Positions 47,949 through 60,164 of a stretch of 64,000 bases of DNA are shown piece by piece. A program made the translations under genes and the position numbers. The stretch covers positions 78,740,001 to 78,804,000 of the forward strand of contig NC_135805.1 of the NCBI RefSeq assembly GCF_964213995.1, given 5' to 3'. Each line of letters begins with the position of its first letter. Within the stretch, counting starts at the first letter, position 1. The notes under the pieces were generated by a model that saw nothing but the letters and a program-made list of their open reading frames with translations, was not told where the DNA came from and ran no database searches. This stretch comes from Mustelus asterias (Eukaryota).

Positions 47949-48435
47949 GTGCAGCTCCACCAACATTCAAGAAGATCAGCACCATCCAGGACAAAGCACT
48001 TTGCTTGATTGTACCCCATCCACTACCTTAAACTTTCACTCTCTCCAGAACTGACGCATTGTAAGGCAGTGTGCACCATCTACAAGATGAACTGCAGTAA
48101 CTCACCAAGTTTCCATCAATAGCACCTTTGAAACACACCACCTCCAACAGGTAAAAGGACAAGGGCAGCAGAACCATGTGAACACCTGCAAGTTCTCCTC
48201 CAGTCCACATATCATCCTGACTTGGAAATATATATAGCTGTTTCTTCACTGTCGCTGGGTCAAAATCTTGGAACTTCCCTCCTAACAGCACTTTGGATGT
48301 TCCTTCCACACATGGACTATTGTGCTTTTCAACAAGGCAACTCACCACCACTTCCTCAAGGAAAATTAGGAATGGGCGATAAATGCTGGCCTAGCCCACC
48401 GATGTCCACATCACAAGAAAGAATAATTTTTTTTA
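47949..48435 (+). mobile_element. L2-like LINE 3' end
   Basis: GCAGCTCCA.CAACA.TCAAGAAG...GGGTCAAAATC.TGGAACT.CCT...GGGC.ATAAATGCTGGCC tail; reverse copies at ~53440-54070 and ~60165-61080. Confidence 0.6.
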
Positions 48436-48488
48436 AAGTCTGAAGTTGCAGTGGAATGTCTGTTCACCGTCTGCAATTAGCTGGTGAC

Positions 48489-48817
48489 ATAGAAATCATA
48501 GAAACCCTACAGTGCAGAAAGAGGCCATTCGGCCCATCGAGTCTGCACCGAACACAATCCCTCCCAGGCCCTATCCCCACATATTTACCCGCTAATCTAC
48601 ACATCCCGGGACACTAAGGGGCAATTTAGCATGGCCAATTAACCTAACCCGCACATCTTTGGACTGTGGGAGGAAACCGGAGCACCCGGAGGAAACCCAC
48701 GCAGACACAGGGAGAATGTGCAAACTCCACACAGACAGTGACCCGAGCCGGGAATCGAACCCAGGTCCCTGGAGCTGTGAAGCAGCAGTGCTAACCACTG
48801 TGCTACCGTGCCACCCC
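48489..48817 (-). mobile_element. HE1-like SINE (young, CpG retained) just 3' of TAAR1
   Basis: Reverse complement has A box, B box GGTTCGATTCC, core and tail GGTTTCTATGATTTCTATG. Confidence 0.9.
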
Positions 48818-48999
48818 AAGTGAGACTTAGGCCTTTGGATAGTTTGAGTATGAGTGGGTCTCAAAATCAACCCTTCTAAATTCATATTCACAACAATTAC
48901 TCATGCATTAAAACACTCCCAGTGCAAATTAGTCAAATTGAAAAATAGCTTGTTGACTATCCATTTTTGCACACTGTTTACTATTTATGTGTAGTTTAT

Positions 49000-50028
49000 T
49001 CACAGATCAAGTTCATTCTGGACGGAACAGGTTTTGCAGCTACAAATGATTGTTACAGCTTTTCTAAACCAGGAAAAGAAGTAGCCGTAGATTATGGGAT
49101 TGAAGGTAGAATTCAAGTAGCCAAACCATACAAGAGTGTCGATCAAGACAGGAGAGGTTGTATAATTGACAAAACCATCCATTGTGTTGCAAATGAAAAA
49201 TGGAGACCAACACATCAGGAAGACACCCATCACCAGTCCGAGAGTTTTGGCAGCTTTTCTTTCGTGGTTTCGTGAAAATCTAATTTCGCTTCCTTGGCTG
49301 CTTGAAATTTGAACTGTTATTTGGTTTATGCTTCTGACCTGTTTCATAGCCGCAAAATAAATCTTACAATAAATACACAGCATGGTGACTCCCGGAATGT
49401 AAAAGGAAATGATTGAGGAAACCACCCCTGATATATCACTAAATATAAGTACGCAGCTTCCATAGCAAGCAACATGATTGGAGTAAAATTCTTCAATTCC
49501 TTTTAGGTTTAATTCGAAAAAGATTAAGGGAAAAGCAAAAACAGCTGAAATGACCCAACTAACAATGATCATCCTCTTCACTGACGAGAAAGTCATTCTT
49601 ATTTTGTATCTCAGTGGGTCACACACTGCGTAGTAACGGTCAACAGAGATGAAACACAGATGTAATATTGAAACCGTGCTGAGCATAATATCACAGCTGG
49701 AATGAATCTTGCAAAACAAATGCCCCAAGTACCAACACGTTTCAACAGACCTCACCATACTGTAAGGCATAACTAGACAGCCCAACAGAAAATCAGCAGT
49801 AGCCAAGGAAAGAATCAGATAGTTGGTGGGCGAATGAAGGTGTTTGAAATGCAAAATTGAAATGATGAGTAACATGTTACCAATGAGAGTGCAGAGAATT
49901 ATTAGCACCAGAAATATATACATTGTAAATCGAAAGCCATTTGATCGGTTTGCTTTAAGGCAAGATCCATTTACAAAGTCATAGCAGCATTGAGCAACTT
50001 CTGTTGTCTCAGAGAGATTTGTGTCCAT
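49000..50028 (-). CDS. TAAR1: Trace amine-associated receptor 1, 342 aa (ATG at 50028; the ORF track starts at an upstream TTG)
   Basis: Kozak ACAATGG; TAAR1-typical segments DIMLS, DRYYAVCDPLRYK, ELNLKGIEEFY..HV.C.GSC, FS.ISGV....SFYIPG, ERKAAKTLG; signature NSTFNPIIYGYFFSWF. Confidence 0.93.
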   Translation of the reverse strand: MDTNLSETTEVAQCCYDFVNGSCLKANRSNGFRFTMYIFLVLIILCTLIGNMLLIISILHFKHLHSPTNYLILSLATADFLLGCLVMPYSMVRSVETCWYLGHLFCKIHSSCDIMLSTVSILHLCFISVDRYYAVCDPLRYKIRMTFSSVKRMIIVSWVISAVFAFPLIFFELNLKGIEEFYSNHVACYGSCVLIFSDISGVVSSIISFYIPGVTMLCIYCKIYFAAMKQVRSINQITVQISSSQGSEIRFSRNHERKAAKTLGLVMGVFLMCWSPFFICNTMDGFVNYTTSPVLIDTLVWFGYLNSTFNPIIYGYFFSWFRKAVTIICSCKTCSVQNELDL

Positions 50029-50218
50029 TGTCCTTCCTGTCGGAATTCGACTTCTCAATCTAGTCCAAAGCCAGTATTGGATTCCGTACTTTGTTGCTTC
50101 TCGTCTTCATTCTATCAAGATACGCTGGAAGAGGTGCAAAACAGAAGTAAATAATGTTTCCTTTTTCAATTCCAGTTTTTAGTCTAACAAGCTAAAATAT
50201 TCAAAATGTCATAAATAC

Positions 50219-50365
50219 TAAAGCAAAATACAGCGGAAGTCGGAATCTGAAACAAAAACAGAAAATGCTGGAAAATCTCAACAGGTCTGACAACATCTGT
50301 GGAGAGAGAATAGGGCCAACGTTTTGAGTCAGTCCTGCTGAGATTTTCCAGCATTTTCTGTTTGT
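50219..50365 (-). mobile_element. Mini fold-back PLE derivative upstream of TAAR1
   Basis: Near reverse complement of 41066-41196, including the junction. Confidence 0.6.
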
Positions 50366-50630
50366 ATTCAAAATGTCATATGTTTATATAAATTTAGCAA
50401 AATTCTATGATTATGAAATAGAGTTGACATACCAGAAATATTAGTCCTTTTAGAATAATCTGTCACATTTTCCAAATTCTATTTGATTTCATTTCAAACA
50501 TCAAAACAACCTTGTGCCATTATGGTTAATGTAGGTCCAATCTACTAGAATTATCGCAAATGTTTACACTGTAACTAGATCACTATCAGGTTTGGTCCAG
50601 AAGATCTTTGTACAAAAGCTGTATATGTGT

Positions 50631-52000
50631 CAGTGTTTCCCAACCGCTGTGCCGTGGCAAAGTTTCTAAGTGTGCCATGGCTTGCTGCGTACCACAGGAG
50701 ACTGAGAAAAATCAAGAAAACAACTGGGACTGGGATCTGTGAGCACGGCGCTGAGGAAAGCAGGGGGAGGGGGATCTGGCAGACCCAGTGTGGGAACATA
50801 GTGATGAGGAGAGTGGGGGAAGAAAGGAGGTAGCAGGAGTGTGGCGGACCCAGAGCTCTGACTGCTGCTGTGAGCCTAGAATAAATGTCTTCTTTAGTGA
50901 TAGCTTGACAGTCACCAAGTCTCCTAGGGGAAAGAAGACCTGCCCGATGCTGCTGAAGCATTCGCTTTCCAGAAATTTCTCCTTCATTTTCTTGGCACAT
51001 TCCTGGGGGGGGGGGGGGGGGGGCTTGCCTCCCATGGGAGAAAGTTTTCCCTTGTTTTTGCAAAAGTGCATTCCCATTTTCCTCATCACCCACCATGCCC
51101 TTCCAAATTAGCATTCACCCATTTGCAAGCATACCACAACTTAGTTTCAATTTTATTTTTCATTCTTAAATAATGTGTTGCAGGCATTGGCAAGAATGCT
51201 CAACAGAGTTACTGATGGGCCTGCCCATTATGAGTGTGCAGATGGATTGGGATCAGCCTGTGCGGGCTGGGTTGTTACCGGGTGACATATCTGCACAGTG
51301 AATAATGGCAACAGACATAGTCCCTTCAGCATTGCCGCCTCATTTCAGCACTAAAACACAAGGCTGACAATGTGATGGAGTGATCCCATGTTTATCCTCC
51401 ATCCTTTTTCCCACTGCAAAGCACATGAAGAAAACAACGCTCTTTCACATCATCCCTGTCGAATTCCTCATCACTGTAACATGCTTTGCGATATCAGTGC
51501 AACTTTATTTGACTCAGTCATGTTGACGATCTACGGCTCCAGAGTTGCTGTGCAACTGCAAGCACATCCATTCAGGAATACTTTGTCCTCCTGAGAATGG
51601 ATGGCAGGTTATAGGCATGTGTGACACACGGTTAAGAATAACTAAATCATTTTCCATCCGGGAGTAGGGTAAGAAATGGGATAAGATGAACAGCAAAATT
51701 TGTAAACATCAAAATCCCGGGGATCCGGCAAATTAGAAGTCAAATTATTGCTTTCAACTTCGAGCAAAGCTTCAAACATAGGCAGAATTCCCAAAACTGC
51801 AATCCAGTGAATTTGCTTTGAAGTTTGCCCTCTAGTAAGACCGTAACCATAGAAAATGTCAGTCAGTGTGACATTTATCAGCAACCGATTTGGCTGAAAA
51901 AAGTGGGTGTGCCGTGGAATTGTTTGTCTCATTGGAGTGTGCCATGTTACTGAAAGATTTGCAAACCACTGATATGAGTAATGCTGAAAAGAGAGAAATG
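50631..52000. mobile_element. Possible hAT (Charlie-like) DNA transposon remnant
   Basis: Begins CAGTGTTTCCCAACC, a typical hAT/Charlie terminus; only faint transposase-like words; other end not found. Confidence 0.35.
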
Positions 52001-52658
52001 TTGCTGAAGCTTATCACCTTGCACTCATCAGGACAAATGCAAGAATGCCAAATTTCCAACTACCACAGCAGTTCATGCCACAAAACGAAAGGGTGCTGAT
52101 TTGTTGGCAGGTCAACTCTGATTGGCTGAGGCATTGCCATGGAGAAAGCAATGGGGCACTATAGACTCCCCAAACTCCTTTGAAAAAGGCACAAGGCTTG
52201 AACATATTCTTTCTGCTTGCACAGAACTGGCCGCTGCACATGCCACTTCCAGCAAATGCAAACGGACAATGTTATGACTGATTATCTTAAATTGGTTGTT
52301 AGTGCAGCTATTGGCACACTCAAGATTGTTCAGCAAGTGCTACCGAATTGTGGAATCACATCCAACAGTAAATGTTTTATTTGGAGTTTTGCGAGTGCAG
52401 TCGTTGAGCACAGCCTTTACTCTGCCTATTACGAATAACTAAAGGAATATTCTGTTTGATATGATCAGCCAGTTGCTGGGACGTACAACCTATTTACCTG
52501 GTATCTCACTGGCCCTGAAATTTATATATGACATTGGTCAATTATGTGGTAGAACGTAATTTTGAAATTTGGCATTCTTGTATTTGCCCTGGTGAATTCA
52601 AGGCAAAAAGTGTGTGCAAAATGTCTTGCTGTTCAAAAACAGTATAAATAAATGTAAT

Positions 52659-52793
52659 GGCTGGAATTTTCCAGCCATTCCCTCCCCCTGCTGCTGCAAG
52701 CAAAGAAGGAGAATTTGGCGCTCAGCCAAATCTCTGTTCACTGCAGCAGGTCCAGAAAATCACACCAGTGTGAACAGCTGGAAAATTCCATCT
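52659..52793. mobile_element. 135-bp Harbinger-type MITE
   Basis: TIR GGCTGGAATTTTCCAGC / GCTGGAAAATTCCATCT; 3-bp TSD AAT; related piece at ~61260-61370. Confidence 0.75.
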
Positions 52794-53109
52794 AATATGT
52801 TGGTTTTTGGGAATTGACCATTTCATACAACAAATATATATTTGTAACCAAATATTAACCATATTAAAGAAGCTTTTTTTCCAATTTACAGCAATCAACT
52901 TGGCAACTCAAAAAATACACATCTGATGTTCAGCCACCATGTTCCACAGCATTTCAGTTAAAAAGAGTTTTTAAAGCAGTCAGAGATCCAGCAAAATTTC
53001 TTCACTCGGAGGATTTTGAATCTTGGAATTCTCTGAGGGCTGTTGATGTTCAATCATTGGGTGTATTCAAGACAGAGACTGATAGATTTTTGAGCACTAA
53101 TAGAACCAA

Positions 53110-53438
53110 GGGAGGCAGTGGTATTGTCTCTAGACTAGAAATTCAGGGTAACGTTCTGTGGACCCAGGTTCGAATCCCACCACGGCAGATGTTGAACTCA
53201 CTAAGTATCTGGAATTAAAAGTCTAAAGATAACCTTGAAACCATTGTCAATTGTCATAAAAAACCCATCTGGTTCACTGATATCCTTTAGGGAAGGAAAT
53301 CTGCCATCCTTACTTGGTCTGGCCTATATGTGACTCCAGATCCACAGCAAAGTGGTAGACTCTTAAATGCTCTCAGGAATGGGCAATAAATGCTGGCCCA
53401 GCCAGTGATGCCCACAACCCATGAACAAATTAAAAAAA
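53110..53438 (+). mobile_element. tRNA-derived SINE (2012 family)
   Basis: B box GGTTCGAATCCC; body and tail shared with 2012-2340. Confidence 0.75.
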
Positions 53439-53439
53439 G

Positions 53440-54070
53440 ATGGTGCACACTGCTGCACTGTTGATGGAGGAAGTGAATGTTTAAAGTGATGGATAGGGTG
53501 CCAACCAATTGGGCTACATTGCCCTGGATGGTGCTGAGCCTCCTGAGTGTTGGTGGAGCCTAACTAAATGTATAAATTATTCCATCACAATCCTGACTTG
53601 TGCTTTGTAGAATGTACGCTTGGGGAGTCAGGTCAGTTACTCACTGCAGAACTCTTAGCCTCTAAAGCTGATCACGTATCACAGTATTTATATGGCTGAT
53701 TTAAATAAGTTTCTAGTCAATGGCATCCCCTAGGATGTTCATGGTGGGGATTTCAGTCTTGGGAATGTAGTTGAATGTCAAGAGGGGATGGTTAGATTCT
53801 CTCTTATTGGAGATGGTCATTGCCTGACATGAAAGTTACTTGCTATTTATCCACCCAAGTCCAAACATTGTGTAAGTCTTGTTGTGTGCACGTGCGGATT
53901 GCTTCAATATCTGAGAGATTATGAATGGGGTTGAAAGCTGTGCAACCATGAGAGAACACCTCCACATTTGACCTTATGATGGAGGGAAGGCCAATGATGA
54001 AACAGCTAAAGATGACTGAGCCTAGGGCACTACCTTAAGGAACTATTGTGGCAATCTCCTTGGGCTGAGA
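53440..54070 (-). mobile_element. L2-like LINE fragment
   Basis: Homologous to 60500-61080 and to the reverse of 47949-48080. Confidence 0.55.
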
Positions 54071-54181
54071 AACAACTACTATACTTAAGTTCTGCTGTCC
54101 TTAAATTGCCTGTCGGTTGCTAAAATGATGACTCTGTAATTAATTTAATTTGCTCTGAAGAAAATGGTCACTTTATGCTAG

Positions 54182-54627
54182 AGGGAAGGCAGTGGTGTAA
54201 TGGTGACATTGTTGAATTAGTAATGAAGAGGCCCAAGCTAAAGCTCTGAGTACATGGGCTCCAATCCCACCACCACAGCAGCAGGAGGAATTTAAGTTCA
54301 ATTAATAAATCTGAAATATAAAACTCCTTTCAGTAATGGTGACTCTGCCAATTGGCGTGAAAACTCTTTTGGTTCACTAATGTCCTTTGGGGAAGGGAAA
54401 AATGAGTAGCATCCCTGAACCAGAAGTTCCGGGTTCAAGTCCCATCCTGGTGCTCAATGCCATCCTAACTTGTTCTAGCATATATGTGACTCCAGATCCA
54501 TAGCAATGTGGTTGACTCCTAACTGCCCTCTGAAATGGTCAAGTAAGGTACTCAGTTCCCAGACAATTAGGGATGGGAAACAAATGCTGACCTTGCCAGT
54601 GACACCCAGATCTCATGGAAGAAAAAA
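54182..54627 (+). mobile_element. tRNA-derived SINE (2012 family) with a nested head of another SINE (~54403-54460)
   Basis: Insert CCAGAAGTTCCGGGTTCAAGTCCCATCCTGGTGCTCAATG matches 55865-55904. Confidence 0.65.
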
Positions 54628-55360
54628 CATAGATTTAATTATTCAAGAAGCAAAATTGTGTTTTGCCATCCTACTGTATTTTATAATCCTATATGAAGTA
54701 TAGATATCAAATTACACATAGAGATAATACATGTAAATTAACTTACCTTTACTTTCTAAATATATTTATGGAAATCTCTTGTCTGAAGTGTATATCCACA
54801 ATGGATTAATTCTCATTTACCTCAATATCTGATCACAATAATCTATGGGACATATTTGATATGTCAGTATTTATCACTAATAATAAATTGTATATTGTTT
54901 AACCTTTTAAAACCTGGATGCTTTTCCCTATATTATTTTTCTATATTGAGATTTAGTTCATACAATAATAGTTAATGTGTTGCAATATTTAAGTTGTAAC
55001 AGAAATTACAACTATTGATTTTTTTAGCCAGCAAACATTTAAGGACATCCACTTCTCAAATTGAACAGTCACTTTCATTTTCAATGGTATTTGAACATTG
55101 TGCACTTAAGTCCCATCTTCATTGTTGTTATTTATTTATCCACATCTTTTCTGTTGAAATGCTGCATAGATAACAATTTGTTTTGAGGCGGCACATCTTC
55201 AGTTCAAAAGACTAATGTTAACCAAACATTTACCTAAAGCATTTAATTATATTGTTTCTATTCAGGATCTTAATCAAACCTGATACTGAGCTACTCATGT
55301 TGTATAGAATTTACTAATACTAGCATGGGTATATATATCACCTGTTATGTCACCCATTAA

Positions 55361-55722
55361 GGGCAGCATGGTGGCACAGTAATTAGCGCTGCTTCCTCAT
55401 AGCGCCAGAGACCCAGGTTCAATTCCGGCCTTGGGTGGCTGTATGTGTGGAGTTTGCATGTTCTCTTTGTGTCTGTGTGAGTTTTTTCCGGGTTCTCCGG
55501 TTTCCTCCCACAGTCCAAACATGTGCAGGTTAGGTGGATTGGCCCTGCTAAATTGCCCCTTAGTGTCCCAAGCTGTGTACGTTAGGTGGATTAGCGGGGT
55601 AAATATGTGGGGTTATGGGGATACAGTGGGGGAGCGGGCCTGGGAAAGATACTCTGTCAGAGAACTAGTGCAGACTCAATGGGCCGAATGGCCTCTTCTG
55701 CACTGTAAGGATTCTATGATTC
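55361..55722 (+). mobile_element. HE1-like SINE
   Basis: A and B boxes, core, tail GGATTCTATGATTC. Confidence 0.85.
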
Positions 55723-55829
55723 GATGTCACAATGTTGTTTTGAAATCTGAAGTAAAATCATAGCACCTTATGAAAAGGTTTTGAGAAAGGTACCTCACAT
55801 TATAAAAATCAGAACGAGTATTTTTAATA

Positions 55830-56163
55830 TGTGGTCTTGTGGCGCAGTGAGCAGAATCCCGGAGCCAGAAGTTTGGGGTTTGAGACCCATCCTGGTACTC
55901 AATGGCTAGGGAAGGTACACTCATAATGCAGCCAAACAGGTTCAGTGTGTCAGCCTGCAAATCCTTCCAAACACATCAATGGCTGGTGGTGGTAAGAGCG
56001 GGAGAGACTCCTGGTCAGCCACACTTGATGTGGAGTGGTGCCCCTCAAGCTATGAGCCCCTGGCAACAGACTAGTGACATATTCTGGGAATTACTAGCTA
56101 TGGAAACATACAAAGGTCTGTCTTAGTGCATCACTAAGTGCGGGAACAGAAATGGAATGGAAC
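55830..56163 (+). mobile_element. Distinct tRNA-derived SINE
   Basis: GTGGCGCAGTG A box, degenerate B box, unrelated body, tail (AATGG)n. Confidence 0.5.
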
Positions 56164-57373
56164 TTTTGACATCTTAATTTTTCTTAATAACTCACTTAAT
56201 AACTTGATTGTTTAGTTTGCATAAATTAATGACATTTCTTAATTTATTGTTGCATCATATGAGCAGTTTTTTGTCACTTTTTAAATAGTTTAACGGCAGT
56301 CGAAATGTTAAATAGCAAGGTGTGGTAATAAGAATTAGATCTAATCTATAGAATGTTTTAGAGCTGTCAAAAATATAACACAGCAAAATGTCAGGAGGTA
56401 ATCATTTCATTTTCTCACTGCTCATGAATCCACACCGGAAGAAGTATTGCACTTCTTTATAACTGGAATCTGAGACTTCATTTCAAAAGTGATATTAAGT
56501 TTTTCAACTCCTCTCTTCTCCTCTCTTCTCTGTTCCTGAAGATTCATTTTGGGTGCATAATTCTATTGGATGCCCTCTAATACCTCATTCTAAGTGACTA
56601 GCAATCATTTATGGTCCCAGGTAGTGTGCATCAGCAGGTTATTTAACTTTGATGTAAAGGAATAAGCCTGGTAATGATTGTTCTTTCATTTATCAGACAG
56701 CAAAGGTAATTTGTAATGCTCCCACTAAAGGCCATTTATTCATGAACTGAATTATTCATTTCAGAACAGAGCACTCGAAGGGTAGGATTAAGTAATGGTA
56801 AATTATGTACAAAATACTTCATAGAGCTTAAAATGTAACCACACAGATGATCATATGATATATATATATAGTTCAGCTGTTTAAATGGATGAGCAGAAAA
56901 ACAGCACAAAGCTGAAATGTATTTTTAATGTTTTTGATGAGTTACAGAAACAATGCAAAATGAAGAGAGACTGCCCACAAAACATGACAAAGACAGTGAT
57001 GAAATGAGTATTCAGTTGACTCTCCTGTTCTGTACGTCGAGCTGAACTCCAACAATGGTGAAGAAAATGGTCAATGCCAAAGCAATGATTAAAAGTTTGT
57101 TGCACGCTGCAGCAAAGCAAGCTATGGTGAGTAGATTTTGATGATCAGGGACTAGCTGAAATTGATAGCCTTGTAGAGTAATGGCTCAGTAAGAGTAAGG
57201 TCATGTCGAAGTCCAAAGTTGAGATCCTGGACCTGCTTACGGGAAGACCTGGATGGAGTAACTTCAATGAGCAGCGAGAGCTGAGGGAACTGGCAGAGAG
57301 TCAATTCCAAGGGGAAATTTTGTGATGTTTCTGAGTGACCTGTTCAATGACTGACTGACTAAAATGACCTTTT

Positions 57374-57967
57374 TTGCTGCAATTGTATAGGGCGTTGATG
57401 AGGCCACACATGGAGTGTTGTGTGCAGTTTTGGTGTCCTTTTCTGAGGAAGGCTGTCCTTGCTATAGAGGGAGTACAATGAAGGTTTACCAGGCTGATTC
57501 CTGGTGTGACAGATCTGTCAAATGAGGAGAGACTAAGTCAATTAGGATTATATTCACTGGAGTTTAGAAGAGTGAGGGGGATCTCATAGAAACTTATAAA
57601 ATTCTAACAGGGTTAGTCAGGGTAGATTCAGAAAGAATGTTCCCAATGGTGGGTGAGTCCAGAACTAGGAGTCATAGTTTGAGGATAAGGGGTAAAGCTT
57701 TTAGAACTGAGGTGAGGAGAAATTTCTTCACCCAGAGGGTGGTGAATGTGTGGAATTCACTACCACAGAATGTAATTGAGGCCAAAACATTGCCTGATTT
57801 TAAGAAGAAATTAGATATAGTTCTAGGGGTTAAAGGGATCAAGGGTTATGGGGGAAGGGGGGGATCAGGATATTGAATTTGATGATCAACCATGATCAAA
57901 ATGAATGGCAGAGCAGGTTCAGAGGGCCAAATAGCCTACTCCTGCTTCCAGTTTCTATGTTTCTATG
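57374..57967 (+). mobile_element. CR1 3' fragment
   Basis: LLQLYRAL.RPH.E...RNFFTQRVVNVWNSLP; tail TTTCTATGTTTCTATG. Confidence 0.9.
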
Positions 57968-60164
57968 ACATGGCTACTTGAAATGTCAGGGAGTCACGGC
58001 CTTCACATATTGCCCGGAATATGTCTCTTAAAATCTGTATGCAACCTGGATCCGGTATCTGAGGCATGACTTCAATTTGGACATTTTTGCCAAATCTGGG
58101 TGCTCCATTCTTACTCGGCTTAGCAGAGGATGCAGTAGTTTTTGCATTGGGGGCAGGTGAGGAGGTGGGGGTTGCTTGGGTGGGTGGAATATTGGAATGA
58201 GAGGTGGATAAATTCAGAGCTATCAGTTCTGAATAGTGGGACCTGGGAGAGTTCATACATACACACCACATACACATACATATTTATACCCATATTGCAC
58301 ACACCACAGATAGATACATCACACATGCATAAAGACTTACACACACATACGCGCACGTAATCCCACACCTGTTTCAGTTTTAACCAACTACTAGAAGTAG
58401 CCCACATGGAACATCTCCTTGGAATGAAATTGCAATCTGTGAATTGAAGAGCAGTGACATTGGCAATGTTAAAAGCTGTACTGAAATCTGAAAAAGGACG
58501 GGACAAACCAAAAGTGTTTTTACAAAATTAAATTAAGAAATGTCAGTTTGAGGTTTGAAATGTAAATCTTCTGCTCATAAAGAATTATGGTTCTGATGTT
58601 TAAAGCACTGGCGAAGAGGAAGAAAAGTAAACCAAGAGCCTTGAAATGTGCTGTTTACGAAAGGATTCTAAGGATAAGCTGACAAAGAAGTAATGAATGA
58701 GGTTAGAAGAACAAGAGAACTGTTAAATAATTTCAAAAGAAGACATAAGGAATTCTTTGGACACTAATCTGTGCAGAGGGTTGGAATGCCTTGTCACCCA
58801 GAAAGATTAATGGAAGAAGAACAAGAGACTAACCTAGACAACATTACAGACTGGGTTGATGAGAAACTCCCACAACAAAATCATTCACTATTGCTATGAT
58901 CCGAAAATTTGGATACACATAATCGTCGACACAACTCGGCAATATGGCACTTCGAAGATGATAATGTCAATGCATGAATAAACTTATTCCAACGAGGTGC
59001 TAATACTTTTGCTAAAATAGGAAAGTGATTGTATACAAATGCATTAACCTATTCATTACAAATTGTGCACATTATAGTTTTGATTTACAAGTAATTAATA
59101 ACCAAAAATGGACATATAACTGAGATTCACAATTACTGTTCATAAGAAACAAATACTTTCTGCTTGATTTTCTTTAGCAGCAACGATGTTTATAGTACAG
59201 GTGATGTGTACATCCATCAGAAAAAGGAAGGTTATGAGATATCCAAAAATTAATCTAATATTTTCTCAGTTTACTTCATGTATATTTTCAAGAAAATGTA
59301 AGTAAGCATGCCATAAAGATTAGTAAACTTCATGGATCTGAAACAAAATTGAATACTTACCATACATACATCTGACCCCTGTCATGATCAGTCTCTACCT
59401 CCTTAAAATCATTAATTGTTTATCTACCTCCAAACCAACCTGTTCTGTAATTCAGATTTTGGTCACAGTAGTTGTAAGTTGCAAATCAATAGCTAAGGTT
59501 ATTCACTCAAGGGACAAACAACAGGCTCAAAACCCAGGACTGCACAATCTTCAGAGAACATTCTCTTCTATTTATGAATAACATGGTGTTAACCCTTCGC
59601 AAATATTTATATACAGCAAGTAGTTAGTCATTATTCCCTATATTACAAACTGCTCTGTACAAATGGCCCTTTGACAATGCCCTTTACATTCAAAATGTCA
59701 ATTAAACATAAGGCCAATGGCAAACAATATCAATGAATGGGTTGTTAAGGAAACGAAGGTTGTGACAATAATTGCCTTGCCCAGAAGTAAATGCCAATAT
59801 TAACTTCTTTTTAACATACGTGTTGATACAAAAATAGATTTCACAATCCTAGGACGTAATTTATTTTACTAGCTTATATTTTATTAAATTTTGTGTTTTA
59901 CAATAAAAACAAACAATGTATAATGCCATTAATATGAACATGTTGTATAAATGACAATTTTATAGTGCAGATGAAGGCCAATAAAATATGCCACTTTTCT
60001 TCCACCTACTTATGCAATAAGGTTCATAAGTCTATTATTAACCCCTCTCAACCAGAAGAGTTAAATATTTGTCCAGCTCTGAGGCGTAAACCATGAGATC
60101 ATATGGATGTTTCCATACTTTGAATATTTTAAACAATGGGGGCGAAGGTTTTCCCATTTCAAAA

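Noticed and set aside
50029-50058. N-terminal extension MRSRIPTGRT of the TAAR1 ORF
   Set aside because: Starts at TTG; the first ATG (50028) has a strong Kozak context and gives a normal TAAR1 length
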